Source of the DNA: Azolla caroliniana
Taxonomy: Eukaryota; Plantae; Polypodiophyta
Reading direction: 5' to 3'
NCBI GenBank assembly: GCA_043228905.1
Contig: JBHGNT010000008.1
Location: 22,072,001 to 22,136,000, forward strand
Length of the DNA: 64,000 nucleotides
Shown here: in pieces, positions 22,830-36,388 of the stretch
How positions within the stretch are numbered: the stretch's first letter is position 1
Layout of the letters: each line of letters begins with the position of its first letter
Program-made: the position numbers and the translations under genes
Notes under the pieces: generated by a model
Told to the model about the DNA's origin: nothing
Seen by the model: only the letters and a program-made list of their open reading frames with translations
Databases searched by the model: none

Positions 22830-23510
22830 GGATTTTTGGGTTTCAACCTCATGTTAAATCCTTCTTGGGCAGGAAGTCTAGGTCTTTGAAGGAACTCATT
22901 GCATATTTAGGAGTTTCAACCCCAATGTTAAATACTTGCTGGGCTGGAATTAGGGGTCCTGGACGGGACCCCCTATGCGTTTCAGATTTACGACCTAAAC
23001 CTAATCATTGTTCAATGTGTCCTGATGAGTTTTAGGGTTTCAACTGAAGGCCGAATCCAATTCACCCTTTACTAACGTTAACTTTTCCTTGGAGGTAATA
23101 AGTGGTATTCTGATTTTAGGGTTTTAGCCAAAGCCTAATTCAATACATCTTTTACCGATGGTTAAATCCTTTTTGGGTTCGTAATCACTGGTTCCTGAAG
23201 AGAATCATTATGGGTTCTAGGATTTCAACCTAAACCCCAAGCCAAAACATCATTTACTGACGTTAACCATTCTAGAGTTGCAATGACTTATCGTTTTTAG
23301 GGTTGCAAAAGGGACGTTAAATCCTTCACTGGTAAATACTAAATCACTGGGTTTTTGTTAAGACCTATGATAAGTCTTCAGGGTTTCAGCAATGTGGATT
23401 TAAGGCGTTTCCAACATAAATCTATTTTAGGATTTCGACAATACGTTAACCATTCCTGGGCAGCAATCACCGGTTCTTGAATGGAACCCTTCTGGTTTCT
23501 AGGGTTTTCA
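22830..23510 (-). promoter_or_regulatory. Degenerate tandem array with telo-box cores (AAACCCTA) upstream of the second PPR gene
   Basis: About 10 related units (TTTAGGGTTTCAAC...GTTAAATCC...AATCACTGGTTC). Perfect TAGGGTTT near 23033, 23117 and 23500. Confidence 0.5.
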
Positions 23511-23720
23511 AGGAGAACAACCTTTATTGATATCCAATTCTTCTTCGGGAGGAAAAGTTATCTTGAATGGAAAATCAGAGGAGTAGTTAGAACTTAGGGA
23601 TTCCAAATTGATCAGTCATGGTTCCTTCCGATGATGCCATCCGTTGTAGATCTCTTTGTCTCTGTGTGGCACTGGTCATCATGGACTGTACAGAAAAAAG
23701 AAGTGTTGTTCTCAAAGTTA

Positions 23721-24103
23721 TAACTAGCTTAATGTGGCTAGACCTCTAATGTTTGGCTAGGCCTCTAATGTCATGTAGCTATATGTAGCTCTATATTATT
23801 TGTCACTTCTCTTAATGCTAATACTAACTAGCTTAATGTGACCAAACCTCTAAAATTATGTAGCTATATGTACCTCTCTGTTATTTGTCACGTTATTTGT
23901 CACCTCTCTTAATGCTAACACTAACTAGCTTAATGTGCCTAGACTCTCTAATGTTATGTAGCTATATGCACCTCTATATTCTTTGTCACCTCTCTTAATG
24001 CCAATGCTAACTAGCTTTAGCTTAATGTGGCTAGACTCTCTAATGTTCTGTAGCTATCTATATGTACCTCTATGTTATTTGTCACCTCTCTTAATGCTAA
24101 TGC
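23721..24103. repeat. Minisatellite, 4 copies of ~86 nt
   Basis: Copies start TAACTAGCTT at 23721, 23825, 23922 and 24008. Confidence 0.9.
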
Positions 24104-24121
24104 GAAACCTCTTATATATCA

Positions 24122-24344
24122 TGTGATCTCAAGACAACTTCATGCACTAATGATTGAATCTTCTAAGCTAAGCAACAATAGTGCGATGCCTTAAAGTTCC
24201 TATGTTCTTGTCTTCGGGGCCGATCATATTGTGTGTGTGATCCCAAGACAGCTTCATGCACCAATGATCGAGTCTTCTAAGCAACAATAGTGCAGTGCCT
24301 TTAAGCTCATATGTTCTCGTCTTCCTGGTCGATCAGATTGCGTG
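24122..24344. repeat. Tandem duplication, 2 copies of ~114 nt
   Basis: TGTGATC.CAAGACA.CTTCATGCAC.AATGAT...AGCAACAATAGTGC...GATCA.ATTG at 24122 and 24236. Confidence 0.85.
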
Positions 24345-27300
24345 CGAGCCATCTGAACATGCCAGCACTTATATACCATTTTAGCTCATCTTGTTGTGTT
24401 CTTGTTGCTCAAGTTGTTGCGAACCATTGGAAGATGGCACAAAAAGATGTGCCCATTTTCCCTTCAAAGAGTTATTAACACGTGAGGAAGCAAGTGATCT
24501 GATTTTGATTCTAGCCCAAAACTTGTCTTCAGGGGTGGTGGGCCTTGCGAAGATATCAAACAAATATAGAAGGGGCCCCGACTATTTTTACCTATTATAT
24601 TTTAACATGTGAAGTATCAACAGTTTGCCTTTTCCGAAGAGATTGCTTCCCTATGAAAAGCCTAACAAAATGTAGACATGAAACATTTCAATTTGTCATT
24701 TTCCTTGTAAAGTTGAGCTTGTGAGTGTGGATGGATTGCCCAAACCTTGAAACATGACCTTGTAGCATATAATAGGTAAAGAGAGTCGAATGTATCTAAT
24801 GTAAGGCATATGAATATAAAGGCCTTGTTACATTTTCACAATACGACAATAGAGTCACGTCTTGCACTCAAATATATTAAATAACATGTATCTATTGTAT
24901 ATGTGCAAGCCATCTCCAATTATTGAGTTTTGAGTATTGACATTTTGTATTACAACACATGACCTTGTTATGAACCCTTTATGAGTTATAATGGGTGTAT
25001 GACAACATTCTCCTAGTCACATCAAAGAATTGAATTAGGAAATCTAGAAGAACCAACATGACAATTCATAAGTTGGAAGAATGAGCTTGATAGGGATTTT
25101 GTTCTATATGGTGAGGCATTTTAGGTCGAAGAATCTTAAGAAGATAGAGCATATTATTTGTGTTTTAATCACTTCTCGTGTTAAAACCCTAAGAGGCGTG
25201 TACTTATTATATCAAATGGTTAGTTTACAAGGATTTCATACTATTGCTTTATTTGTTTTGATAGCTCCATTCACGGGATGTTCAAAAGGAGTGGTTGCTT
25301 TTAGAGTGTGGTCATGATACTAGCAACCTAAACTCCTTTTGCTTTTAGAATGTGGTCATTAAACCAACAACCTAAACATAACACTCTAGATAAATTTGAA
25401 TCAAGTCAATGATAGACATTGATTATGATGGAAAAATTCCTCATGTGATATAATATCACAATGAGCAAGATATACTTTCGTGTTTTTCATGGGAGAAATT
25501 CCTCATCATGTGAATAATCCACATGAATACTATGAACCCATTGGGGCTTAGAGCCAAGGCTATTTAAGTACAATCTCTACTTAATGAGTTTTCCTATAAA
25601 GTCTATGATTGTTATAACCACCATGTTATTTCTTTTAATATCATGGTAATATCAAGAAACTTCCTTTTTTAGGGGTCTCCTCACTCAATGTGTTATTATG
25701 GCTTTTAACTAGTGTGGATGGCTCACAATCTCTTATAGTGAGTACAATGACATTATTGCAACCAATCAATCCATAAAAACAATATAAAATGTGACTGATA
25801 AGATGTTTTTCTAGCTTATATGGTTAGAATCCACACATAACTGGAGCTTATGATTTTGCACCTTTGTACTAAAATGCTTGTTTATGGTGTGCCTATGAGG
25901 ATGACTCTTGTGAAGTGATGTATATATTAACATCGTAGTATAATCTTGGTATTGATCCCACCATGTTTCAATTGAAACATGCTTTGGTTGCATATTTCCA
26001 TGTTACATGCGTGTGAGACCCTTCAGTCGATAAGGCTTTTGAGATCTTCATATTTCATCCTTCCTCAATGCAATGCTCTTTAAAGATCAATGTAATGAGA
26101 ATAAGAATTAGTCTAGAGTACAATGCCTATTTTTGGAGAAAAAGAGAGAGAGTACAATGCATAGAATATATGGTCGTGGATCAAAGAATAATAGGGTTCA
26201 AGGGAAGGATGTTTATATTTTATGGATTCCAAAGAGGAGAACAAGTCATCGGACAAAATAACAACCATTTCAACTATAGATGTCTCATTAAAAAATCCTC
26301 TTTAGACAAAAAAGATTTTTTTAAGAAAGGGCAAATTTTCCATCAACTTTACTCTTTTTGCTTAAATATGGTCACCTTATGCAACCGACAATTTGACCCA
26401 ACACATCCCTTAGCTATACAAAAATTTTACAAAAACCTAAACACCAAATTCCTCCTAGACATGTTTTAAAGACAATATAGAAATAAGGCTATTTGGCTAG
26501 TTGGTTAAAAGTTTGCATGCAACGTTTGAATTAGCATGAACAATTTATTCAACTAATACTATCATTAAGAAGATAATCAATAAAATAATAAGATGGGCTG
26601 ATTAAATAAATAACGAAATATGAGAGCAAGAAAGTTAGTAGGATTTAGGTTCAATGTCTACCCCTTTATTTGTAGACCTCTTTAAGGTAAACCGTAAGAG
26701 TATTTACGAGTGTTCATTATCCCCCCCAAAAACAAGGGGCTTGGGTAAGATTAGCTCTCGCTTTTTCTTTAAAAAGAATTAAGGATGTACAATTCATGCT
26801 TTGAGTTTGCATCGCCATTGATACCTGGTTTTCGTCACAACACACACATACAAATATTATGTACAAGATCCTCAAATAGACAGAGCATCCATGTTACCAA
26901 TTATATCTTCTTGTCAACTGATGATGTTGCAAGTTTCTAAACATTTATTAATAAATAAGGAAAGTGTTCATATTGCATTACTAACTCTCTTGCAGTCTGG
27001 TCAATGATATAATAGCAAGTCAGTAGACATTGATAACACATCGATATTGGGTATGTTATGGTTTATGTGCCTTTGTAGAGTTTACCAAGTAAAAGTCATG
27101 ACTACAAAAGAACAATGCATGTATAGAAGAATGACATTTTTTCAATGATACAAAATTGGGATTAGCTTTTACACTAAAAGTTAGTGTAGAATTTGATCTG
27201 AAGTTTATATTTTGATATATTGACAAATCACATACACAAAATTGTAGGTTTAGGTTAATGAGAAAGAAACAATCAACCTCATCAAGTTCAAGTAGTGCTT

Positions 27301-30300
27301 GTCTTATTCTTCTCATCTTGTAATGTTGCATACTTAGATGTATCGTCAAATGAAATCTCAATTTGTTGGGGTGGGGGATACGGATCATTTTTTAGCAAAA
27401 ATGCAGCTAAATATTGAATTGGATTCGAAGGCCTGGACCATTGAACATAAGTTTTTTCACTAAGTCATGTGAAATTCACATATTTAAGCTAACACAATAT
27501 ATCCTAATTTACTACACATCAATGTTATCCTACTTGAAGTTGGTAGTGCTATAAGGGTTTCATAACTTTCAATATATAAATCCCTTCATCACTCATAAAT
27601 TTTAGTGCATGTGTTCATATGTATAATAAGATAGTAAATGGGTGATGGGAGAGGCGGAAAGAGAAACAACAAATTTATCTGAAAGGTCACTAATATAGGA
27701 AAACCGAACCGATGGATGAAGTGGTACAACTATTAGAATCACATCAAGTAACAAGAAAAACAAAAAAATTCCCTAAGGATTAGTAAGAGAGTAAGAAAGA
27801 GAGGATAGAAGTCATTGAATAGCACTTTGTAGAGATTTTCCATGGAATGAATTGTATCTATGGAAAGATACAATTTATTAAATGATTCAAAATCATTGTA
27901 TAGATACAAGGAACTAGACAAAATGGAGAACCAAGATTTCCTTTTTGTTTTTACTATATACACTACCCTCTACGTGTAGTGTATGAGAAAATTAACTTGA
28001 CGATACGAATATTAGATGTTATGGGAAAATTAACTACACCAACCTTCTAGATGAACCTAAAAATAAGAGTTATGTCCGCGCTTTCAGTTTTCGTCATGTA
28101 AAAGGATAACATAAATTATTAGAGGCCGATAAATCTAGACCCCCTTTTGATTTTAGTCTTGCAAAATTTAAACAACGTTTCACTTCTTTCCTTTAGGAAA
28201 TATGATGCAAGATCAAGGCGTCATGTGGCATGTTGATTTGTATAGTTAATACTAATGCACGTTCTTTTGATTGAGACAATCATAGAAGAAAATATACCTT
28301 TCTAAGACGAGATGTTGCAAACCTTGTAATAACAATGGCACAACTGTTTCCTCCTAGAAACAAAGGAGCTCGTATTAGAAGAAGTCTTTTTTTGTATTTT
28401 GAATTTTCGTAATAATACATATTTTGATACACAACTTTGTTTAATTCAATCATTTGCACATCCTTGATTGATAGTAATTAGAATAAATTGTCAAGGAACC
28501 AATTAATACCAAGTAGAAACGAATCGGCTTGGCACGAAGCTCAATTCTATGCTTAAGCTCCATTGCAGCTCGTTGTGCAACTTCACCCTACAACACGAAA
28601 ATAGATTTAATGTGAACGAATACATCATGGGTCTAAGGTTGCAAAACTAATGGCGTAAATGTATGACAAGGGAAGGACACAACAAGACATCAAGTGCTAA
28701 ATCACCATGTGTTTGAAACACTATTAACTTTATTCATTGGAAAATAAGAGACTTTAAATGTCCCTGCAAATGGTTCATTGTTTGTAGGTCCACACTATTA
28801 CTTTATTGGATTCTAAAATAGCAAAAAATATAAGCACAATGGTGGAGTGGTGACGCTCGTGCTTTGTGATGTTAAGATTGTGTATTAAAGTCTAGAGCCA
28901 TTAGTTTGTTGTTGGAACCATTGCATTCAAGTCTTGAGCAATCGATTTGACTGATGCATCCATTACTAAGAATGTCTTCATAAATTTAGTTCGAAAATAT
29001 ACATACTCGCTCCCCAAAAAAAGGGGGGTTCTACGGCATTGACAAGGAGTGATGATAGCCGTAGCCTTGCCAGTATAACGCGATAGAACCTTGAGCTAAT
29101 TTTAAAGGGTTGGGAGAGAAAAAGGATAGAAAATAAAATAGGAGGAACATAAATAAGCTATAAATGCAAACTTTGCCTCTTGAATGCTCAATCCAAGACG
29201 TGTAAAATCATCAACTTCACAATACATAATATCAAATATGTAATATATCGTCTCTAACCAAAACATCAACATCCAAAATCGTATTGATTATGAAATTGAT
29301 GTCGAATATAGAGTTTTCTTGACTTTTACGCAAGGTGGTTTTGATTTCCTTTTCTCATTGATTGGGCATTTATGGAGAACCCAAGGATACATGATGGGAA
29401 ATACCTCCATCCTACAGTCACATGGTACCATGTGGTTTTCGTCATATGCCCTGACCAATGTAGAATGAATTTATAGTGTTTGATACATGCCTAGTCTCCT
29501 AGGCACAACACATCAAAACACTCACATATTACCATACAATATTAGTCGATTTGAAAACCCCAAAATCTCCAACCAATGTTGAATGTGGATAGACTCCTCG
29601 ACGCCTATTCGGTCTCCTACTCATACATAGAAACCCTTACAATGGTACCATATGGGGTATGTGTCAATATATAATGCCAAGCCTCGATCAATGAAAGACG
29701 AATATTGTAGAGATGCCGAATTCTAAACAATGCACTCTCCTACTCTCACACCAAAAGACTCACATGGTACCATACAATGTTACTCGATATATATATCCCC
29801 CCACCCCTAGAGAGCTCGAGCTCGAGCTTGATCGATCAACATTTGAACGGAACGGATGCAAAGTGCTCGAAAGCTCACTCAAATCTCCTACTCACAACCC
29901 AATACGGACCACCCACATGTTGGCTAAGATTAATACCATCACCAATAATGCATAGATTGGATGTGCGAGCTCGGGCAGGCTTTACAAACCACCGGGAATC
30001 GGAACCGAACCACTCTAACTCTAAGAATCGATGGAGGAACCCGGTTCCTTTTGAGAAGAGGTGGAGCTTTTTTTGGTTTTGATATGTAGAGAGACCATGG
30101 GGAGCAACCCAAGTTCAAAGGGGATTTGTGAATCAATGATCCTTCTTGTTCTTTTCTTTTTTTCTATTAGAAGAAAAAGAAATTGTTGTTCAAGAATGTT
30201 TTACCTCCACAGGATCATCGAACCAAACTTCATCAAAGGAAGGGCCAGGAGGCGGTTGTGGAATATTCTCTTGGGCGGACGGAATATTCTCCTGTCGTGG

Positions 30301-30579
30301 TGGATCTTCTTGGGTCGCCATCTTCTCCTTTCTCTTCTCTCTTGTCTATACACACAAAAGAAACAACCGCCTTGGTTTTGCTTCCCATTCCATGCACCCT
30401 TTCACACTTGGTGAGTGGAAGGTTGGTTGGTTGGTTTGGCCTAGCTTATCACCATGGTACGAATCCATCCCTTTCACACTTGTCCGCCATAATTCATGCT
30501 ATGTCCTCGCACTCCTTTTTCCCATTCATGAGAAAAGGTGGTAGTGGCCAATGGCCATAAAGTATTCTGAATTTGCCAA

Positions 30580-30990
30580 CTGATGCTTTGTCCGCCCTAA
30601 TGAGATATGGTACCGTCGAATCTCGATGCCTTTGTCCGCCCTAATGGGATTTGGTACCTGCGAATCTTAATGCCTTTGTCCGCCCTAATGGGATTTGGTA
30701 CCAATGAATCTTGATGCTTTGTCCGCAATAATGGGATTTGGTACTAGGCGAACCTTGATGCTTCTTCATGCACCCTAAGGAATTTGGCATTGGCGAATCT
30801 CGATGCTTTATTTGCTCGAGCATCAAAGAATGTTGAGTTTTTTTCTTTCCCATCCTAATGGGATCTCATATTGAAGAATCTCAACACTTCTCTGCTCTAA
30901 TGGGACATGACATTGAAGATTCTCGACATTGTCTACCCTAATGAGATGGTGATATCCAAGCATCTTAACACTTTTGTCCACCCCAAATGG
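30580..30990. repeat. Minisatellite of ~44 nt, about 9 progressively degenerate copies
   Basis: Unit GATGCCTTTGTCCGCCCTAATGGGATTTGGTACC.GCGAATCT. Confidence 0.85.
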
Positions 30991-31874
30991 ATCTGGGTGG
31001 TATTAAAATGTAAATATTAACCTCTTTCACACACAGGTATCATCTTGTTCCACCACTTTTTCATGAACCCCCCTACCAACTATCACCGCAATCTTGGCAA
31101 GACATGTTCTTCCAATGCTCATGAACTTGAATCCGAGTCTCTCACATCATAAAACATACACACCTTAGCATCAAGCTTTGTGTTGATACTAAGATAGTGT
31201 GTCAACAATGATGGGATCACACGTTTAAATCTCTTGGAGATGTTGATGGATTTCCAACCCTTTCCGAATATGTAGGCTAGAATATCATTATTGACCAAGT
31301 CTGATGAAAAATCATAATAAAGTTGACCTCATTATTTGTTTAGGTATGTTGACTTCCTTTTATTTATTGTGCATAATAAACTTTATTATTCTTCCTGTCA
31401 TGTCATTGACTTTTATCATGCACATGAACATACTATCATATAAATAACAATGCTACATGGTTATATGATATATCCATATGATGTTCATAGCATCCTTCCC
31501 ATCTGGGGTTAAAAAGATAAAATGTTATGTTGACTGATATCCGTATTTCGTCCCTGTCTCTCAAATGTTGGTTCAATAGTATGCTTCACTTCAAGAAAAA
31601 TACTTCCATAGTTTTTTCATCAGATAGGCATGCAAGGAAGAGTTTACTCACAAATGAACGAATGCCATGCATGAATGTGTTAATACCACATTTCAATAAT
31701 ACTCAAGTAGCAAATGAGTTGTTTTACATCAACAAATGCAGTTACTTCACAAGGTATTTACAATATATCAACTAAAATAACCAGCTTTAAAAAAAGAAGA
31801 AAAAATTGAGTAAAATCTCCATCTCCTAAACGGTAGACGTTCAACATACAATGGTTAGACCTAACCTAAAGCAC

Positions 31875-34800
31875 TTACAAAACATTGGGGGGCAAACATG
31901 ACCACTGGCTACGTTGACGACTCATACGCTTCCGCCGAGTGGATTCACCCCACGAACACACCCTTACGAGTGCCTTCGGATTCGGTTTCAAACCTCTAGA
32001 TGTCTTGGGGCCTCCTCCTTTAGCTCTGACGATATTATTATTCTTCGTTGAGCCCGCATCTGGCATCACGAAACATTCCCCTTCATCTTTCGGAGAGGAG
32101 TCACATGTACCCGTAATCTCTCTTGCCGACTTAATGAGTCCCTCGATGATTTGAAGATCCTCAGTGACCTCTTGTCGTGAAAGACAAGCCACACTAGGAA
32201 GAATCTCTCGCTTGAAATCCTTATTGGCTTTCCCTCTCCTCGATGATCTCCGACGAGGATTACTCACTGGAGGAGGGCTTGGTTCCTCGATCGGATCGAT
32301 TTCTCTGCTCTCGATCGGAGGTGTGCTTAATTCTATGTCTTCAGGGTCGATTGGTTTCGTACTCAAGACCAGCAACTCGAAAGAATCCAATCCGCTTCCT
32401 CGTTCGGAACCCTCGAATAAGGAGAGCTCGGAATGCCTATTACCATCTACATCCATGCTAGTCATTTCAACACTTTCCTCTTCAGGAATGATGTCGGCGA
32501 GCCATTTTAGGGATCTTTCTTCATCTTTCTTGAACAAACTTGAGTCTTCGGTGACCAACGATGGAAGATCTGAACCCAACCACAGCAACACGTGTGCAGC
32601 TTCAGTATCAAGTTTACTTGGAGCTCCATGAATATTACCAAAATGATGATAATGATCATCCACCACCACACATTCCTCATTCAAGTCATGCGGGAAAGCG
32701 AAGGTAACCGAAGAGCCAATCGTTTGATGCTTGTTCCTTGTCATTATACACGCCTCCCTGCATAGCATTCCCATATTATCATCGAGTTGTATAATATTCG
32801 AGTTTCGGCTTGAGTCACCACTTTGATCTCCACTACTTGCATTCGAGTCTTCGATCACCTTTATCAGATGCATGGCTTCTTGGCTTTCCACGCTTGTTAC
32901 GCCTGAACCATCTGAACTTTTCCCTCCTTCACAATGGCCTCCCGCATCACTTCCAACATCAATGCACTCGACATTCTCGACTACATTCTTAGTTAAGTCC
33001 TTTCCAGAACAATTGAGAAAACTAGTGCCTTCCATGTACAAGCTACCCTGCATCGCCTTTGGCCTTTCTTGACATGAGGCTTTGATTCCTAATTTAGCAA
33101 ACCACCCCTTGCTAGTCTCCATACCTTTTTCGTTCGGGAACTCATTGACCTTCACATTCAAATCAAAGCTAGCTTTGGTTGGATTTATCCTATCCTGATT
33201 TTGAGGCCCTTTCCGGAAAAGACCCACATTTTCACTTGTCTGCAAACTACTCGTCATTATCGGTGCGAGACCTAGTTTCACCCCAACGATATTATCATCA
33301 GCCAATGCTGGTGATGATGATTTCATTCGTGGGATGTTACTTCTCTTTGAAAGAAGTTCAGTCCAAGAAACTTCTAACCCTTCCATAGTATGTTCACTGG
33401 TGGTGCTCAAACTTGTTGCTTGCAATAATGGATTATTTGCTTGTTGCAATCGACTATATGCTTGTTGTGATGGATTTGTCTGAATGCTTGACCACTGGTT
33501 AAGAGAGGAAATGCATGGCAATTGTTGAATATGGTTAGACGGCTTCAAAGCTTGCTGCCCTGTTGAAAAGTTTTGCAACCAAGGTGGCAGTTTTGACCCA
33601 CTTTCTGATTCTCTTTGATTTAGAATGACATTTTGGGAAACCCTTGTATCATGTGCCGTTGTATGCGTGCTCACAAATGGTTGAGTCGACAATGTGGCAA
33701 CATGTTTTTCATCCAGTAAATGTGAAGATGAATTGATTTTGTCCATCGTTGAGGCAACGAATCCTGACATAATATTTAGAGGTTCCCTCGAAAAGTGCTG
33801 TTCTTGAAGACCCTTTCCATTTGACAACCAGTGCTGAGGAACATTGTCAGTGCCTACAGATTTAGTTCTCTCTCTGAAATTCAAGGGAATGTTTCTGACT
33901 TGATGATTAGGATCTTCATGCTTATGCGTAAAGAAGGATAACTTCTGATGTTGACCACTTGAAGCGAGTGACACCGAATGCGATGGTGGTGTGTTTTTCA
34001 CTTCCGGTGATGCCTGTATAAAACACGAACATGTTCTATCATCAAGTAAAGAAAAACATCCACATCCATCTCAAATAGATTGAAGGGCAAAATACCAGAA
34101 TACCCTGAAGTTTTTCAAACCGGAAAGAATACCTTCTCATGTACTCAATCTTGTATTAGAGAGGGGTATCCTTGGTCAAAACTTAAGAGGTATTCTGGGG
34201 AACATCCACAAAAGTTAGGGATATTCTGGTATTTTGCCCTAGATTAAGTCCACCAAAAGAATGACCTGAAGGAGCCAATGTGGTAGGTTTGATGTCCCTT
34301 GAGAGTTATGTGCCAATTCACACCCGAAAAGCTGGGGACCATTTAGGTTATCCTCTATAGTTGGACCAGCTGAATATATCCCTCTGGAAGGAGGTGAAAC
34401 TTGTGAAGAAATAATCTGAGATCCTTGAAAACCAACTTCTTTGGCTGTATAACTTACTTCTTTGGCCATATTGACCTCTTTCCCACCATGGAAATTCCAC
34501 AGACCTTTGCTCTCAGACATCTTTCTCTTATGTGAAACCGGAAAATTTTGACATTTCTCTTCCTCCACTTCATCTACATACTCCTCCGCAGGACGTTCCA
34601 AATCAAGTACAATTCGCCGATTTAGGGCTTTATTCATGGCCAATGATGGCATTTCAGTATTCTCTACATCGTCAAAGACCTTGTTTATATCTAAATTATT
34701 TGAAAAGAAGGATTGTTTTTCCTTGATATTGAGCTTTGCCTCGGCATCGTGATTAGCATTGAAAAGGTTCTTTTCTTTGAATAATATTTGGTTGGATAAC

Positions 34801-35924
34801 AATGAGCCATTGGAGGATGAAGGATCAATGTGAGGATTAGACGAAGAACCCTCCTGCCTGTCCATTTCAGCCATTAATGATCTTTGGACTTGATAGAGAC
34901 GATGCAACTCACAAAGCTGTGGAAGAAATAATACATCAAGTGAGGATGAGCTAGAGAATCTTCACAACAAAAAAGGCAAAAAATCACTGGAAAGGAAAAT
35001 CTTCTTCCTTTGTAATCTCAATGGGATGGCATCTACTATGTCATCAGGAAAGTGTAAAAAGACAATAAACCTTGATAAAATTTCAAACGAGAAACAATAC
35101 TCTTCATTTGTGATCTTACAGACAAAGAAATGGAATCTAAAAATACAATCACATCAGGTGAATGAAAAAAACTTCAAAAGACCTCAGCAAAAAACCCTCT
35201 TTCTTCCTTATTGATCTCTCATAAACAAAGAAATGGTTTCTATCCATGATGTCATCAGAAGACATAAGAAAACCTAAAAAAATACCTTAGGAAAAACATA
35301 AGAATTGGAACTAACCTGTTCTTTGAAGATGGACTCATGTTTGAGCATTGTCTGCTTCAATTGCTCCACATCATGTCCATCATCAAATGCGGCATCATGT
35401 CCTTCATGCCCCACATCATGCCCTTGATGCCTCACATCATGTTGTTCCATATCATGCCTATTATGCTGCACATCATACCCATTGTGTTTCACATCACACC
35501 CATCCATCAACACATCAAGCCCATTATGCTTCACCCCATATCTTCTATACCCCGCATCACGCCCATCAGTATCCATATGCCCATCAATGTCCACATCTGG
35601 CTCATTATTACTTACATGACACTTCACATCATGCCCATCAGGCTCCAAATCATGCCTGTGATATTTTGCATTACGTCCATCATGCTCCACATCATGCCCA
35701 TTATGCTCACAGCTGGCAGCAACAGCTGGCACGGGAATTGTGCCATTGGATAAAGAAGCATATACATGTTGTTCTACCTTAGTCTCTCTAATGTAAGGAA
35801 TGGCCTGATCAGAGAAGGAGGGCAAGGCAAAGGCTTCATCCGCCTTGCTCCTTGTGTAAGCTTTTGTTCTTTTGCTAGATAGTAAAGCTAGTGATCGTTT
35901 CTCACACTTCATGCTTGTTCCCAT
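31875..35924 (-). CDS. DUF863-family plant protein (~1132 aa, 3 coding exons)
   Basis: Exons 35924-35316, 34916-34266 and 34013-31875 join in phase 0 via GT-AG. Family motifs: MGTSMKC, LKQTMLKHESIFKEQ|LCELHRLYQVQRSLM, LDLERPAEEYVD, RRGKANKDFKREILPSVACLSRQEVTEDLQIIEGLI, WGESTRRKRMSRQR. Also EAR-like FDLN and HDLN motifs. Confidence 0.9.
34084..34240. mobile_element. MITE (157 bp) with perfect 19-bp TIRs in the DUF863 intron 34014-34265, possibly PIF/Harbinger-Tourist type
   Basis: AGGGCAAAATACCAGAATA (34084-34102) and TATTCTGGTATTTTGCCCT (34222-34240). 3-bp flanks TGA/AGA. Confidence 0.8.
35362..35712 (-). repeat. Coding 21-nt (7-aa) repeat, His/Asp-rich, in DUF863 exon 1
   Basis: Protein EHNGHDV EHDGRNA...EPDGHDV...KHNGYDV QHNRHDM...RHQGHDV GHEGHDA...DDGHDVE; plus-strand CACATCATGCCC recurs. 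Confidence 0.85.
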
Positions 35925-36344
35925 CACTACATATCTATATTGTCAGAGTTGAGCTGAAAAGAAGGCAACAAAATACAGAGAGAATTACATCGCATTACAT
36001 AATTTAGTCCATCGGGAAACCCTTCACTAACTTTGCTTGTGAATGTTATTATTAATTGAGTAAAGGGAAAAAAGATCTTCAACCTGAATGAAGAAATTCT
36101 AGGGTTTCATCAGCTGAAATGATCATGTGGGCAGACAACAACCGCTAATAAAATTCTAACGGAACCCCTAGAAAACCCTAATATGGATAGTCAGGGATAA
36201 ACCCAAAGATGACTTGCCCTGTTGCAGGATAAGGGCAGCAGTAGAGATCATGTGGGCAGAGCCTAAAATTTCTAAAACAAACTCCTAAAGACACCACAGT
36301 AGCCCTAAAATCGCATTAATGAATGCCTCGGGGTACAGAGAGAT

Positions 36345-36348
<4 letters not shown>

Positions 36349-36385
<37 letters not shown>
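36349..36385. repeat. (GA)n microsatellite
   Basis: Direct inspection. Confidence 0.95.

Positions 36386-36388
<3 letters not shown>

Noticed and set aside
28845-28950. tRNA or SINE-like sequence (similar reverse segment at about 31115-31175)
   Set aside because: An A-box-like motif is present but the B box and stems are too decayed to call.
29940-30560. Cluster of 100-130 aa overlapping ORFs
   Set aside because: No recognisable domain or splice structure; probably the leader region of a repeat element.
35337-35782. Antisense His/Met/Pro-rich ORFs
   Set aside because: By-product of the 21-nt repeat; the minus-strand frame carries the conserved DUF863 motifs and splice sites.
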